From IMG/VR virus record IMGVR_UViG_3300027798_000016, positions 1 to 64,000 of that record: a stretch of 64,000 nt of DNA, one strand, 5' to 3'. The notes below the pieces were generated by a model, which was not told the DNA's origin, ran no database searches, and saw nothing but the letters and a program-made list of their open reading frames with translations. The position numbers were made by a program, and so were the translations under genes. The DNA comes from a virus. Below, piece after piece: positions 9,647-19,577 of the stretch (positions within the stretch are counted from its first letter, which is position 1; each line of letters starts with the position of its first letter).

Positions 9647-9712
9647 ATTTCTCCTAATAAGAGCAAGCATTTCTGCTTACACTTACTTATCACTTGATAT
9701 TAAAGCTAGTTA

Positions 9713-10327
9713 TTAACCGCCGGAATCACCACCTGTTGATGGTCCTAATACGTCAGAAGGCGCATCGCCTTCTAACACTGGTTCATCTATCACAATGTGG
9801 TTAGCATTATCGTACTTGATAGCTATGGTAATATTCAATGGATCACTACTCGAATAGTTGTTCTCACCGTAGTTGACGTTTTGAATATATGCGCCAACCA
9901 AGTGCCATCCATCTAAAACAACTTCAGAGCCACCTGAGCCACCATCTAAGTTTTCAATACGCAAACCAAACTTGTAGCCTTCACCAGATGCCGCTGAACT
10001 TTGTTCAGCATGGTTAAGTTGTCTTTCAAGTTGTGCGGCAATTGCTTTTGCAACTAGACCAGTTACATCGTCTTTTACAGTGATTGTAATTGGATCCCAA
10101 GTGTGTTTACCTGCCAAGAAAATTCTCGAATTGTAAACATCAACTGTGATATCGTCGTGCGTTACGCTTGGACGAGTTACACTAACAACCTGACTTGTTA
10201 GTTCAAGGGTTTCAGCACCATTGCCAAAGTTGTTTAAGACTACACGAAAACGATAACCTAACTTTGGTTGAACAAGAGCACCTGTGCTACCACCTGGTAC
10301 ATTAAATTTGTCTAATTGGACCGCCAT
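9713..10327 (-). CDS. gp19: Tail tube protein
   Basis: Follows sheath; YRFRV...VTRPSVTHDDITVDVYNSRIFLAGKHTWDPITIT...IKYDNA; AGGAG SD. Confidence 0.9.
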   Translation of the reverse strand: MAVQLDKFNVPGGSTGALVQPKLGYRFRVVLNNFGNGAETLELTSQVVSVTRPSVTHDDITVDVYNSRIFLAGKHTWDPITITVKDDVTGLVAKAIAAQLERQLNHAEQSSAASGEGYKFGLRIENLDGGSGGSEVVLDGWHLVGAYIQNVNYGENNYSSSDPLNITIAIKYDNANHIVIDEPVLEGDAPSDVLGPSTGGDSGG

Positions 10328-10344
10328 TTTATTTCTCCTTGTCC

Positions 10345-12726
10345 TTATTTAGTGCCGCCGGCAATCGCGCCAGTGTTTACTACCCTAACAGGAATGTAGA
10401 TGAATTCTGCGGCTTTGACTGGCTCAATTGCCACATCAATGTACAGTTCGTTTCTATCAATTCTAGCTGGTGTATTATTTGTTGAATCACAAACTACCAA
10501 GAAGTCATATACAGCTCTTTTGCTATACAAATCTGCTAAGAAGCCATTGAATACAGAAATAATACGATCGCGGGTCTTTTGATCGTTTGGTTCAAATATG
10601 AACGGACGAGCAATAATATCAAACTGTTTACGCAAGTAAGCTAATAAACGGCCTACATTGACACGATCCAATGCTGTGTCTGCTGGGTACAATGTTTTCT
10701 GTCCCCAGATGTACAAACCCTGGCCTGGGAAGTTGACCAATGGGTTAATCTTGTCAAGATACAATGTATCTCGCTGACCTTGATTCAATGCTATTGGCAT
10801 GAATTCGTTTTCAGCAGTTACCAAACCTAAGTTACTGATACCACTTAACGCACCGCGAGTTAAACCAGCTGGAGCAAACCAAGGATAAGCAACTTGGTCG
10901 TTGTAGGCAATACCACGCAATACTGCATGACTTGCTGGAACTGCAACATCATTACCATCCAAGTCTGTTGACAAAGCACTTGGATAATAAATTGCGGCAC
11001 CACCACTTCGAGTTGTTAGACCATCAGCACCGTTACTGCCTGCTTCTGTGCCCAATGCCCAAGTATGTACATCACTCATTCTACTTGATAACTTCATCGG
11101 AGTGTCAGCAATAATAAATGCTGTTTCCTTACGATCAAAGTTCAATGTGATCATTTCGTCTAGACATTCAACATATCCTGGAGTTGCAATAATATTGAAA
11201 TCTAATGTTTCTGCACGAAGAGCTGGATTGTCTGTCAATGCTTCTTGTAAACGCTTGACAACTACACGGCGTTGTGCTTTGTCAAACATGTAAGGAGCAC
11301 CGGCTTTGGCACCTGCATCAATATTGCCAGACTCTGTGGTCCAACGACTGTTGTCTCCGTCTTCTACCCATTTCTTAACATTGCCAGAACTCATTGCGCT
11401 GTTCCATAATAGCATATCGTCTGGGTAGTAAGCTGGGTTTGGTGCTGTGTCTAATGCTGTTGCACCATTTTCTGTTCCTGTGGTGTCACCTAATGTTGTT
11501 GTTAAATCAGCAAACAAGCAACCTTCTTCTGTGGTCTGGTCTGCATTGTCACGAGCGACCCATGCACTACCATCATATACTTTTAGTAATGGATAGTTGG
11601 CCATGTCATTTGTGTCAACCCATACATCACCAAAGCTTGGGTTTGCTGGTTCTTCAGTGTTGACATCAACTTGGCTGACTGCTTTCCAAATTGGAGTGCC
11701 GTTAACTGTATCTTTTACATAGATGTCCACTGTGTCGCCGGCATCGTACCATAACTTACCATCTGGAGTTGCACCTGCTGGTTTGTCATCACCTGCTGAT
11801 GGATCAATTACAACCCAAGCATCACCATTGTAACGCCTGATTTGAAATTTTGCTTCGTTGGTATCTGGAAATTCAATGTAAAGATCATTTACATTTAGTG
11901 CATCTCCAAATTCTGTAGTTGCAACTGTATTGTTTGCGTAACCAATTCGCATGTCAGTTTTGTTTGGACCAATTACTTGTTTTGTCCATGTCTCTGTGCT
12001 TGCATTGTATTTCTTAATGACTGGAGCAAAGCCTGCATTTGGACTTGTTACTTTAAACCAAACATTTCCAGCAGTTGGAGTCGGACGGTTATAGTGAGCA
12101 CTAATTGTAACAGTGGCAGAAATTGCACCTGAACTTAAAACAACCCAGGCACCAGCTAATTTTTTATAGAACTGTCGCATTGTGGTGCTGGCATCTACTG
12201 CATAGTCTCCGTTAGCACCAACGCCATTGCCTGGCGCACCAACAGTGACTCTAACTTTTTTCTTGATCCATTTAGTGCCATCGCCTTCAAAGATACCCCA
12301 AGATGTAAACAATGTATCCAACCAGTATTGACCGTTGGTTGGAGGTCCAACTGGTGCAGATGCTGATGGCTCTAATTCTTCCATCTTTAAATCTGCTCGT
12401 ACTAGGATAGCACGGTTGGCAATGCCTAGATAATAGTAAGCGGCCAACAAGCCGTATTCGTTTAATTCGTGTCCGTGTACTGGTGTGCCGTCGACGATGG
12501 TGAAATTTGGTTCACCATATAATTGTACTAATTCTCGTTGGCTTGTGAGCATTAGTGGTTTAAGGGCAAAGGGTGCTGTAGTGTAAGTTGCGCTTGTTCC
12601 GTCTGGTGCTTTCTTGTTAGAAGCACTTGCTAAAACAATAACAGGTACAGTTCCAGTGCCTGCAGATGCGTATGCACTTTCATCAATGATCGATACACTT
12701 ACGCCTGGGGAAACTAGCTGAGCCAT
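10345..12726 (-). CDS. gp18: Tail sheath protein
   Basis: LVSPGVSVSIIDES N-terminus; PWFAPAGLTRG, RDTLYLDKINP, IWGQKTL, ALDRVNV, FEPND, NNTPARIDRNEL, IEPVKAAEFIYI. Confidence 0.97.
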   Translation of the reverse strand: MAQLVSPGVSVSIIDESAYASAGTGTVPVIVLASASNKKAPDGTSATYTTAPFALKPLMLTSQRELVQLYGEPNFTIVDGTPVHGHELNEYGLLAAYYYLGIANRAILVRADLKMEELEPSASAPVGPPTNGQYWLDTLFTSWGIFEGDGTKWIKKKVRVTVGAPGNGVGANGDYAVDASTTMRQFYKKLAGAWVVLSSGAISATVTISAHYNRPTPTAGNVWFKVTSPNAGFAPVIKKYNASTETWTKQVIGPNKTDMRIGYANNTVATTEFGDALNVNDLYIEFPDTNEAKFQIRRYNGDAWVVIDPSAGDDKPAGATPDGKLWYDAGDTVDIYVKDTVNGTPIWKAVSQVDVNTEEPANPSFGDVWVDTNDMANYPLLKVYDGSAWVARDNADQTTEEGCLFADLTTTLGDTTGTENGATALDTAPNPAYYPDDMLLWNSAMSSGNVKKWVEDGDNSRWTTESGNIDAGAKAGAPYMFDKAQRRVVVKRLQEALTDNPALRAETLDFNIIATPGYVECLDEMITLNFDRKETAFIIADTPMKLSSRMSDVHTWALGTEAGSNGADGLTTRSGGAAIYYPSALSTDLDGNDVAVPASHAVLRGIAYNDQVAYPWFAPAGLTRGALSGISNLGLVTAENEFMPIALNQGQRDTLYLDKINPLVNFPGQGLYIWGQKTLYPADTALDRVNVGRLLAYLRKQFDIIARPFIFEPNDQKTRDRIISVFNGFLADLYSKRAVYDFLVVCDSTNNTPARIDRNELYIDVAIEPVKAAEFIYIPVRVVNTGAIAGGTK

Positions 12727-12830
12727 TTTAATATCTCCGTAATCTTAAGGGATTCTCATTACCCTTCATGAAGATATTTAGCTATAAAACGAAAAATGAC
12801 GATATTTAGCGGTACAACTGATTTTATAAT

Positions 12831-13451
12831 TTACTGGACAACCATTTCTAGCTGTTTATATAGATTATCCACAGTACTATTGTTGTCAATTATTGCATCA
12901 AACTTGGTACCAACCCACGCCCATTCGCTGGCATGTACATCCGAGTAGGCAGTGGCCATGTGGTTGAAAGTACCAGCATTTGTACTTATGGCAATATCGT
13001 ACCATTCTGGATCTTCTCCTCGCACTACCCTGATCACTTGTCCGCCAGCATTTCTAATTGCTTTGATTTCATTGGGAAACCTACAGTCGGAAATTACAAT
13101 GTTATCTGTGGTGTTTCGCAGGCGGGCTTCTAAACTTGCAATCCAAATGTCGTCATGAAAGCTTTTTCGGCAAACTTCAGTTCCCCACCACTGTAAGACC
13201 CAACGAGGAGTCAAGTTAGGCATGTCAAGTCTGGTACTCCACCAAGGATCAACTTGTTCTCGCCATTCGCGGGCTTGTTTGGTGCGGCCTTCCAGCATTT
13301 CTCTATCCCAGCCAAACACAGCGGCCACTGCATCTTTAAGGGTTGAGGCAAACGAATCTCTGCGAAATTCGTGAAAGTTAACCAGATAGTCTGCGGCTGT
13401 GTCTTTGCCAGAACCTATAAAGCCACATACGCCAATAATTTTTGTAGTCAT
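12831..13451 (-). CDS. gp1: Deoxynucleoside monophosphate kinase
   Basis: P-loop GFIGSGKDT, SFASTLKD, TPRWVLQWWGTEVCR, ISDCRFPNE, VHASE. Start set at ATG 13451, downstream of the promoter. Confidence 0.92.
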   Translation of the reverse strand: MTTKIIGVCGFIGSGKDTAADYLVNFHEFRRDSFASTLKDAVAAVFGWDREMLEGRTKQAREWREQVDPWWSTRLDMPNLTPRWVLQWWGTEVCRKSFHDDIWIASLEARLRNTTDNIVISDCRFPNEIKAIRNAGGQVIRVVRGEDPEWYDIAISTNAGTFNHMATAYSDVHASEWAWVGTKFDAIIDNNSTVDNLYKQLEMVVQ

Positions 13452-13456
13452 AGCTA

Positions 13457-13485
13457 AGTGTAGCACAACTATGACACTAGGTCAA
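13457..13485 (-). promoter_or_regulatory. sigma70-type promoter
   Basis: TTGACC-N17-TACACT, ending 5 nt before the dNMP kinase ATG. Confidence 0.7.
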
Positions 13486-13492
13486 CTATTTT

Positions 13493-14248
13493 TTAGCCAA
13501 TTATGAAGCCTAGTGGAGTTCCGCCATCTGAATACTTTGACAAGTCATCTTCTAGCTTTTCTATTTCAGCTGACGCTTGTGTGATCAGATCATTGCCGTT
13601 CAACTGTACTCCGCCTTGCGGGCCAGCTAAACTTGCAAACTTGCTACGGGCTTGCCCTAATATCATTTTTGCATTGGCCAAACTGTAATTTCTAAGCCAT
13701 TGCCTGCAATGCGTGTCGGCCAATAGAGATTCGTCTGGACGATAATTGAAGGTATGTAAAATAACTGGTTCATCGCCTTTGATATTTCTGTGTAATGTCA
13801 AACGCTTTGTTTCAGAACTCCAAGTAAACATCAAATTGGCGCCAAAAAAGTATCCAAGCATCTTGCGTTGACCCATGTACAACTCAAAAGTTGCAAGTCC
13901 TGCTCCTCTTGTGGCATTTAGCATGTACATGTTAAGATAGCCAGCTTCAAACGGTTCAAACGATGCGGCAGTGGTACCAATTCCGCCACCACTGGATCTG
14001 TAAACATTGGTAACTTCATTGATTTCATTTGGCAAATAATATGTGCTTTCAGCAGTTTGTAGATTTAAAATCATAAAGCTTTCTTCTACTGCACGACTGC
14101 TTCGCTGGCGGTAGTAATCAATGGATTTATCAATTACAAGGTCGTAATGTTCTTTGTCTAGTTCAATATCAACCATTCCACCGCCGAGACTAAGCTCAAT
14201 GAATCGTTGTACTTTTGATCGTTCGGATGTTTTTGTGTCGTCTGCCAT
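13493..14248 (-). CDS. gp13: Neck protein (head-tail adaptor)
   Basis: LGGGMVDIEL...WLRNYSLANAKMILGQARSKF..LAGPQGGVQLNG...PLGFIIG, typical of gp13 homologues. Confidence 0.8.
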   Translation of the reverse strand: MADDTKTSERSKVQRFIELSLGGGMVDIELDKEHYDLVIDKSIDYYRQRSSRAVEESFMILNLQTAESTYYLPNEINEVTNVYRSSGGGIGTTAASFEPFEAGYLNMYMLNATRGAGLATFELYMGQRKMLGYFFGANLMFTWSSETKRLTLHRNIKGDEPVILHTFNYRPDESLLADTHCRQWLRNYSLANAKMILGQARSKFASLAGPQGGVQLNGNDLITQASAEIEKLEDDLSKYSDGGTPLGFIIG

Positions 14249-14290
14249 ATAGTGTCTCCGAGACTATTTACCGGAGACGCTCTACAAAAC

Positions 14291-15544
14291 CTACTTGATT
14301 GCTCGGAGCAAGATTGTTTCTGGACTAATGCGTCCTTTTAACCTGGTTTCCACTGACCTAATGGTATCCATAAACTTACGCAATCCGGGCTTGCCTTGTG
14401 TCTTAAACTCTGCCAGCTTTTCTGCGGGTTTACGCAAGGTCTTGCAGGTGCTCTTGATCTCATCAAAGCCAATGATAGCAGAGCCCTTGACGCCCAACTG
14501 TCCCACTACCATGTCGCCATGCATGGCTACAACAAAGCGACCCAGCTTACGAGTCTTGGTATTGTAAGTCCACAGCTCACTCATTTCTAGAATCTCAGTT
14601 GGATTGATACTCTTAAGACCAAGCTCAGCAAACTCTCTAAGATACTTTAGACCTTTAACTTGGCGCTCGGGTGGCACTGGCTTGCGCTTGGGTTTGGCAC
14701 GGGTGGCTATTTTACTAGTCTTGTATGCACTGGCATCATTGATGATTGCCTCGTAGAACTTGATTAATGCTTTGACGTCACGCTTGTTCAGGTGTTTGTA
14801 ACCTTCCATGAGCTGGCTGTCTCTTCCTTCTAGCAATTCATTTAGTTCGTTAATTTTAGGTTGGATGAATTCGGCCACTTTGGCAATGTACTGCACAGAA
14901 ATATTTTGCCCTTGTAAGAATTTGTAAGCAGAAAATTCTTTGCCTTCGGTCATAAACTCGTCAATTGCTCCTTCAATCTCGCCCATTGCTTCGCTGAACT
15001 TTTCAGCAAGCCTGTCTTGGATTGTTTCTTTTTTGACCACTGGTACTGCTGGATCAACTACCACAGTTTTCTCAGATGCAAGACGAGTTTCCAAGTTTCC
15101 AATCAACTGATGAATGTGACGCTCCTCATCATTTTGCAGTTCAAATCCTGCCAGAACCATACGGCACACCCAACCAACTGTTAAAGTATACTGGCTGTCA
15201 TTGACTGCTTTGAACTTGGCAGGATAATGTGCCAATTCTTCTTTGGTGGCACAGTATGCTTCAAAGAATGCCCTGGCATCTTTATGGTCACAAGAGTAGT
15301 TGTACCAGTTAAACGCACGGCTCATTTGAATTCTGCGTTGTACTTCATCCCATGTGGCTTGTTCGGTCCATTCTGGTTCGTGCCCCATGCGATGGATGTC
15401 GGTAACTTGGATAGCTTTTAGCTTGGGCTTGCCACTGGCATCAAATTTTACTGTACCAGAGTCTTTGGCAGTACGGGTACTTCGGCCCAGTGTTTTTTTC
15501 TTTTTAGGGGGTTTTGCGACTGTGCGTTTAGTTGCTGTGGCCAT
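14291..15544 (-). CDS. Conserved phage protein of unknown function (early-expressed)
   Basis: 417 aa, basic N-terminus, GGAG SD, perfect sigma70 promoter upstream. Confidence 0.75.
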   Translation of the reverse strand: MATATKRTVAKPPKKKKTLGRSTRTAKDSGTVKFDASGKPKLKAIQVTDIHRMGHEPEWTEQATWDEVQRRIQMSRAFNWYNYSCDHKDARAFFEAYCATKEELAHYPAKFKAVNDSQYTLTVGWVCRMVLAGFELQNDEERHIHQLIGNLETRLASEKTVVVDPAVPVVKKETIQDRLAEKFSEAMGEIEGAIDEFMTEGKEFSAYKFLQGQNISVQYIAKVAEFIQPKINELNELLEGRDSQLMEGYKHLNKRDVKALIKFYEAIINDASAYKTSKIATRAKPKRKPVPPERQVKGLKYLREFAELGLKSINPTEILEMSELWTYNTKTRKLGRFVVAMHGDMVVGQLGVKGSAIIGFDEIKSTCKTLRKPAEKLAEFKTQGKPGLRKFMDTIRSVETRLKGRISPETILLRAIK

Positions 15545-15576
15545 GTTTTACTCCAAGTTAGTAGCGTATAGATGCT

Positions 15577-15605
15577 ATTATAACTTATCTTTGCAAACCT
15601 GTCAA
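15577..15605 (-). promoter_or_regulatory. Consensus sigma70 promoter
   Basis: TTGACA-N17-TATAAT exact. Confidence 0.9.
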
Positions 15606-15620
15606 GCGACATCTAAGCGG

Positions 15621-15626
15621 TAAATA
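15621..15626 (+). promoter_or_regulatory. Late promoter motif TAAATA
   Basis: ggTAAATAg upstream of the neck gene; the same motif precedes most structural genes. Confidence 0.65.
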
Positions 15627-15664
15627 GCATGATGAAATAGGTCCATAATGGGCCTGAGGAAATT

Positions 15665-16759
15665 ATGCCTAGAATCTCACTTTGGAAAAACGCTAAAACG
15701 CAAGACTATTACTATCAGGACCGTGTGATCCGTGACATGGTAGATGCCAGCGGTACCAGCATGTTGGTCCACAAATATTTAGGTCCAGCGGCAGTGGAGG
15801 ATGGATCAGATCCGGCCAAGCCAAATTTAGCGGCCCAGACCGAAATTAACGAAATGGACATACAAGACATCTTGTTCATGGAAAACCGCGATCGTGTGTA
15901 TGACACCACCATCTATGAATTGCGTGGTACCTATAATGTCAACGACCAAGACTTTGACTTGAGCCAATTTGGACTGTTCCTAAACGCTGATACCTTGTTT
16001 ATCACATTCCATACCAATGAGATGGTCAAACATCTGGGTCGAAAATTAATGGCAGGTGATGTCATTGAGTTGCCGCACTTGAATGACGATTTACTGTTGG
16101 ATGCCAACGCAAAAAGTATTAACAAATTTTATGTAGTACAGGATGCATCAAAAGCCGCAGAAGGTTTTGGTCCAACTTGGTGGTCACATCTCTGGCGCAT
16201 CAAAGTGGCACCAATGAATGATGCACAAGAATATCGTAGCATCTTAGGCAATCCAGAAGATGAAGACAGCTTGAAAAATGCATTGAGCACATATCAGAAA
16301 GAAATTCAAATTAGCAATGCCATTGTAGAATCAGCAAAAGTGCTAACTCCAACCACTGGTTATCTTAATACTCCACTTGGTAACATTACAAATGTCCCAG
16401 TAATAAATGTAATGAGCGGGCAGAGCACAAGTATTATTCATGTTGCTACCCCTGAAAATTCCAGTGATCGTACAGGCGTTGACAGTGGCTTATCTTTTCC
16501 AGATGCACCAAACCAAGGCATGTTGTTTCAAAGAGCAGACTTTACTCCAACAAGATTATTTGTATATCGTGGAAATAAATGGCATAGGGTTATGGACAAC
16601 TTGAACGAAATGCAATGGACCAACAATACTGTCAATGCTGGCTATTTTATAAACAATACAAATACCACCACTACACAAGGCGCAGGCGGTACTGTTAATA
16701 CTGTTCCTGAGCGACAGGCACTGAGCAAGGTGTTTACTAAACCAAAGGCAGATAATTAA
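15665..16759 (+). CDS. gp14: Neck / head-closure protein (gp14-like)
   Basis: IQDILFMENRDRVYD...DLSQFGLFL..DTLFITFH...GDVIELPHL; sits between gp13 and gp15 homologues. Confidence 0.6.
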   Translation: MPRISLWKNAKTQDYYYQDRVIRDMVDASGTSMLVHKYLGPAAVEDGSDPAKPNLAAQTEINEMDIQDILFMENRDRVYDTTIYELRGTYNVNDQDFDLSQFGLFLNADTLFITFHTNEMVKHLGRKLMAGDVIELPHLNDDLLLDANAKSINKFYVVQDASKAAEGFGPTWWSHLWRIKVAPMNDAQEYRSILGNPEDEDSLKNALSTYQKEIQISNAIVESAKVLTPTTGYLNTPLGNITNVPVINVMSGQSTSIIHVATPENSSDRTGVDSGLSFPDAPNQGMLFQRADFTPTRLFVYRGNKWHRVMDNLNEMQWTNNTVNAGYFINNTNTTTTQGAGGTVNTVPERQALSKVFTKPKADN

Positions 16760-18123
16760 TGGCACAGCAATATTTTTATGATCAACAAATAAGACGCTGG
16801 CTATTGCAGTTCATGCGTGTGTTTGGCGGCTTCAGTGTTCAGATGGGCAAAGATGCAAACAATGATGATTACTATCATCAAGTGCCGGTACGCTACGGTG
16901 ATACAAATCGTATGAGTCAACACATCCTTCGCAAAAACAGCGAGAACACAATTCTTAGTGTACCTGCCATCAGTTGTTATATTGCAGAGCTTGTGCCCAG
17001 TGCCGAGCGGCGACTAAATCCGTCGCATCAAGATTCTGTGCAAATTTATGAGAAGGCAGTTGATCCACAGGGAAATATATTAGATAGCATTGGTGAAACT
17101 TACACCTTAGAAAGACATGCTCCTATTCCGTTTGATCTAACAATCAATGTGGACATTTGGACCAGCAATACAGAACAGAAACTACAGTTGCTTGAACAAA
17201 TTTTGTTATTGTTCAATCCAAGTGTTAACTTGCAAAGCAGTCAAAATCCATATGACTGGACCAGTTTAGCAGTGGTAGAACTCGTGAACATTACTTGGAC
17301 TGCTCGCAGTATTCCGCAAGGAACAGACGATATCATTGACGTTGCAAGTTTGATTTTCTCCTTGCCAATTTACTTGTCGCCACCGGCCAAAGTAAAAAGG
17401 CAAGTGCTTATCCATAGTATTCTTGCCAACATTAGTGCTTTCAATAGTCCAATTGATGCTACCACATTCCTGGACAACATTGTGCTCAATGAGCAGACTG
17501 CAAACAGCAGACAATGGATTACTTTTAAAGATCGCCATATCAAAGTAAACGAAGATTTTGTTCAATTGCTCAACAGTGACAATACTGCAAAAGACAATGA
17601 TGACAGCACTGGTGCTAACCTAAGTTGGAAATCACACTTTGAGATACACGGCGGTATTAGAAATGGCATAACCGAACTTCGATTGAAATTAGGCGATGCA
17701 CTGGATCCAAACGAAATAATTTTGCGGGTCGTTGAAATTCCTGGAAATGAAAATGTACTTGGCTATTCCATGGATAACAGCACTTTGCCAACTGATACAA
17801 TTCCAATGATCAATGGTGTAATTGATCCAGAACGATCTTCTCCGGGCACAGCCAATATTCCTACATCAGCTGTTGGACAACGATATTTGTTGGCCAACAA
17901 CATGGTTATGAATGGCCTATGGGGCAACTTAGAAGCATCTACCAATGACATCATTGAGTACAACGGAAGTTCGTGGATTGTTTCTTTTAATGCACAGGCC
18001 GTCAACACCAGTGGTTATACCACCAATGCCAACACAATGAAAAAGTTATACTTCAATGGCACAGATTGGGTATTGGCAATTGAAGGAATATTTGAACAAG
18101 GCTGGTGGCGCATAGTCAACTAA
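16759..18123 (+). CDS. gp15: Tail terminator / sheath stabiliser with C-terminal extension
   Basis: YFYDQQIRRWLLQFMRVF...VPVRYG...PIPFDLTINVDIW..NTEQKLQLLEQILLLFNP. Confidence 0.75.
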   Translation: MAQQYFYDQQIRRWLLQFMRVFGGFSVQMGKDANNDDYYHQVPVRYGDTNRMSQHILRKNSENTILSVPAISCYIAELVPSAERRLNPSHQDSVQIYEKAVDPQGNILDSIGETYTLERHAPIPFDLTINVDIWTSNTEQKLQLLEQILLLFNPSVNLQSSQNPYDWTSLAVVELVNITWTARSIPQGTDDIIDVASLIFSLPIYLSPPAKVKRQVLIHSILANISAFNSPIDATTFLDNIVLNEQTANSRQWITFKDRHIKVNEDFVQLLNSDNTAKDNDDSTGANLSWKSHFEIHGGIRNGITELRLKLGDALDPNEIILRVVEIPGNENVLGYSMDNSTLPTDTIPMINGVIDPERSSPGTANIPTSAVGQRYLLANNMVMNGLWGNLEASTNDIIEYNGSSWIVSFNAQAVNTSGYTTNANTMKKLYFNGTDWVLAIEGIFEQGWWRIVN

Positions 18124-18132
18124 CTATAAGAT

Positions 18133-18564
18133 ATGAGAGCAGTAGGCGCACTAATCGTAAGTAAAAAAACAGGCAGAGCAATGATGCAGTTGCGAAGCCC
18201 TAGTGAATCACACAGCATGTGTTGGGGCATATGGGGCGGAAAGCTTGAAGGTAACGAAGGTGACCTCAATGGACTCAAAAGAGAACTGTGTGAAGAACTA
18301 GGTTTTCCTGGTGTTCCAGAAACCATTGCAATCAGCCATGTGTACACTTTCACCACCAGAGACAAACGCTTTAGACATGTCAGTTATCTAATCTTATGTG
18401 AAGACGAATTTGTACCCATCATTGATTCAGAGAGTGCAGGTTATTGTTGGGTAAACATGTGGGAGTGGCCACAGCCATTGCATCGCAATACAGCCAAGAT
18501 GTTTAACAGTAGAGGTTTTAAAGAAACGCTCGAAGGGTTATTGAACAATGTTAAGAGTAATTAA
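18133..18564 (+). CDS. Nudix hydrolase
   Basis: Nudix box GGKLEGNEGDLNGLKRELCEELG. Confidence 0.9.
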   Translation: MRAVGALIVSKKTGRAMMQLRSPSESHSMCWGIWGGKLEGNEGDLNGLKRELCEELGFPGVPETIAISHVYTFTTRDKRFRHVSYLILCEDEFVPIIDSESAGYCWVNMWEWPQPLHRNTAKMFNSRGFKETLEGLLNNVKSN

Positions 18565-18979
18565 AGCACCAAATAAAAAATTACTTGACATTTATACAGG
18601 ACCCCACCACCAACTGGAGTATCAACATTGTTGGGAGCCCTGGCTTAACAACCCTCTTCTAAATAATCTGTATAAAAATTCCATCAGTCACACAGAAAGA
18701 TGGTACTTGGAAATTCGTCGTCTTATCAATGAGGAATTGTGGTACCATCCGTTGCTCAATAGTATAATTTTAGACCAAAGTCTCAAGACTAAACTTGTAA
18801 TGAGCTCAGTGTTGGATGGTGCAAGTATGCGTAATGTGCTGGCCAATGATATGTATCCAGAATATCATATTTCTGCGGGTATCAATCTTAAAAAATTAAA
18901 TCGCTGGTGTTCGTTTTTTATTAGCTTGCCTAATTCACACGAAACTCTTGTGTCCCTAAATGCCCTATCTCCCGACTAA
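18548..18979 (+). CDS. Hypothetical protein
   Basis: 143-aa ORF overlapping the Nudix stop; 3' end overlaps the convergent gene. Confidence 0.55.
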   Translation: MLRVIKAPNKKLLDIYTGPHHQLEYQHCWEPWLNNPLLNNLYKNSISHTERWYLEIRRLINEELWYHPLLNSIILDQSLKTKLVMSSVLDGASMRNVLANDMYPEYHISAGINLKKLNRWCSFFISLPNSHETLVSLNALSPD

Positions 18980-19574
18980 GATCTAAGTCGCAAAATATTT
19001 TAACATTGTTCTGCGAAAGCACTTCGCAAAAACCCATATCTTCACCGTGCCAAGTTGAACTGGGTGCATGCCATTTAAGTGGGAAGTGTGGGCTTGGAAT
19101 TTCATTGACGATACTGGCCTTGATTAATACACAGCCCATTCCTGTGTATTTTATTTCAGTGAGTCCGTGTCCGCTGACATCCACTGGTTCCACTGGATCA
19201 ATGTTGTAAAAAGCAGTGGTATGAAATGGTTCTACTCTCTTGGAGTATGTTGCACAAACAACATTTTTATTGTGTTCAAGTAATCTGACAATGACATCTT
19301 CTGGAAATGTCATGTCGCTGTCAAACCACATGATGTGATCTGCCTGATGTGTGTTTATAGCACTATCTAACAATACTTGTCGTTGATTGCTCAATACTGT
19401 ACCTGCATCCATTTCTAATACCACTGGTATACCTTGCTTTTCAGTGAATCGTATTGCGTTGGTCAGGCAAAACGCACTCAATGAATGCATCATTCCGTTT
19501 GTTGGAATGCAGATTACAACCTGCTCACTCAAAGCAGGTTGTTTATCAAAGATAGTTTTTCCGGACTTTAACAA
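18930..19574 (-). CDS. Glycosyltransferase (GT-A fold, family 2-like)
   Basis: VVICIPT...HIMWFDSDMTFP (DxD), GMGCVLI, GEDMGFC, IGHLG. Confidence 0.8.
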   Translation of the reverse strand: MLKSGKTIFDKQPALSEQVVICIPTNGMMHSLSAFCLTNAIRFTEKQGIPVVLEMDAGTVLSNQRQVLLDSAINTHQADHIMWFDSDMTFPEDVIVRLLEHNKNVVCATYSKRVEPFHTTAFYNIDPVEPVDVSGHGLTEIKYTGMGCVLIKASIVNEIPSPHFPLKWHAPSSTWHGEDMGFCEVLSQNNVKIFCDLDLSREIGHLGTQEFRVN

Positions 19575-19577
19575 GTT

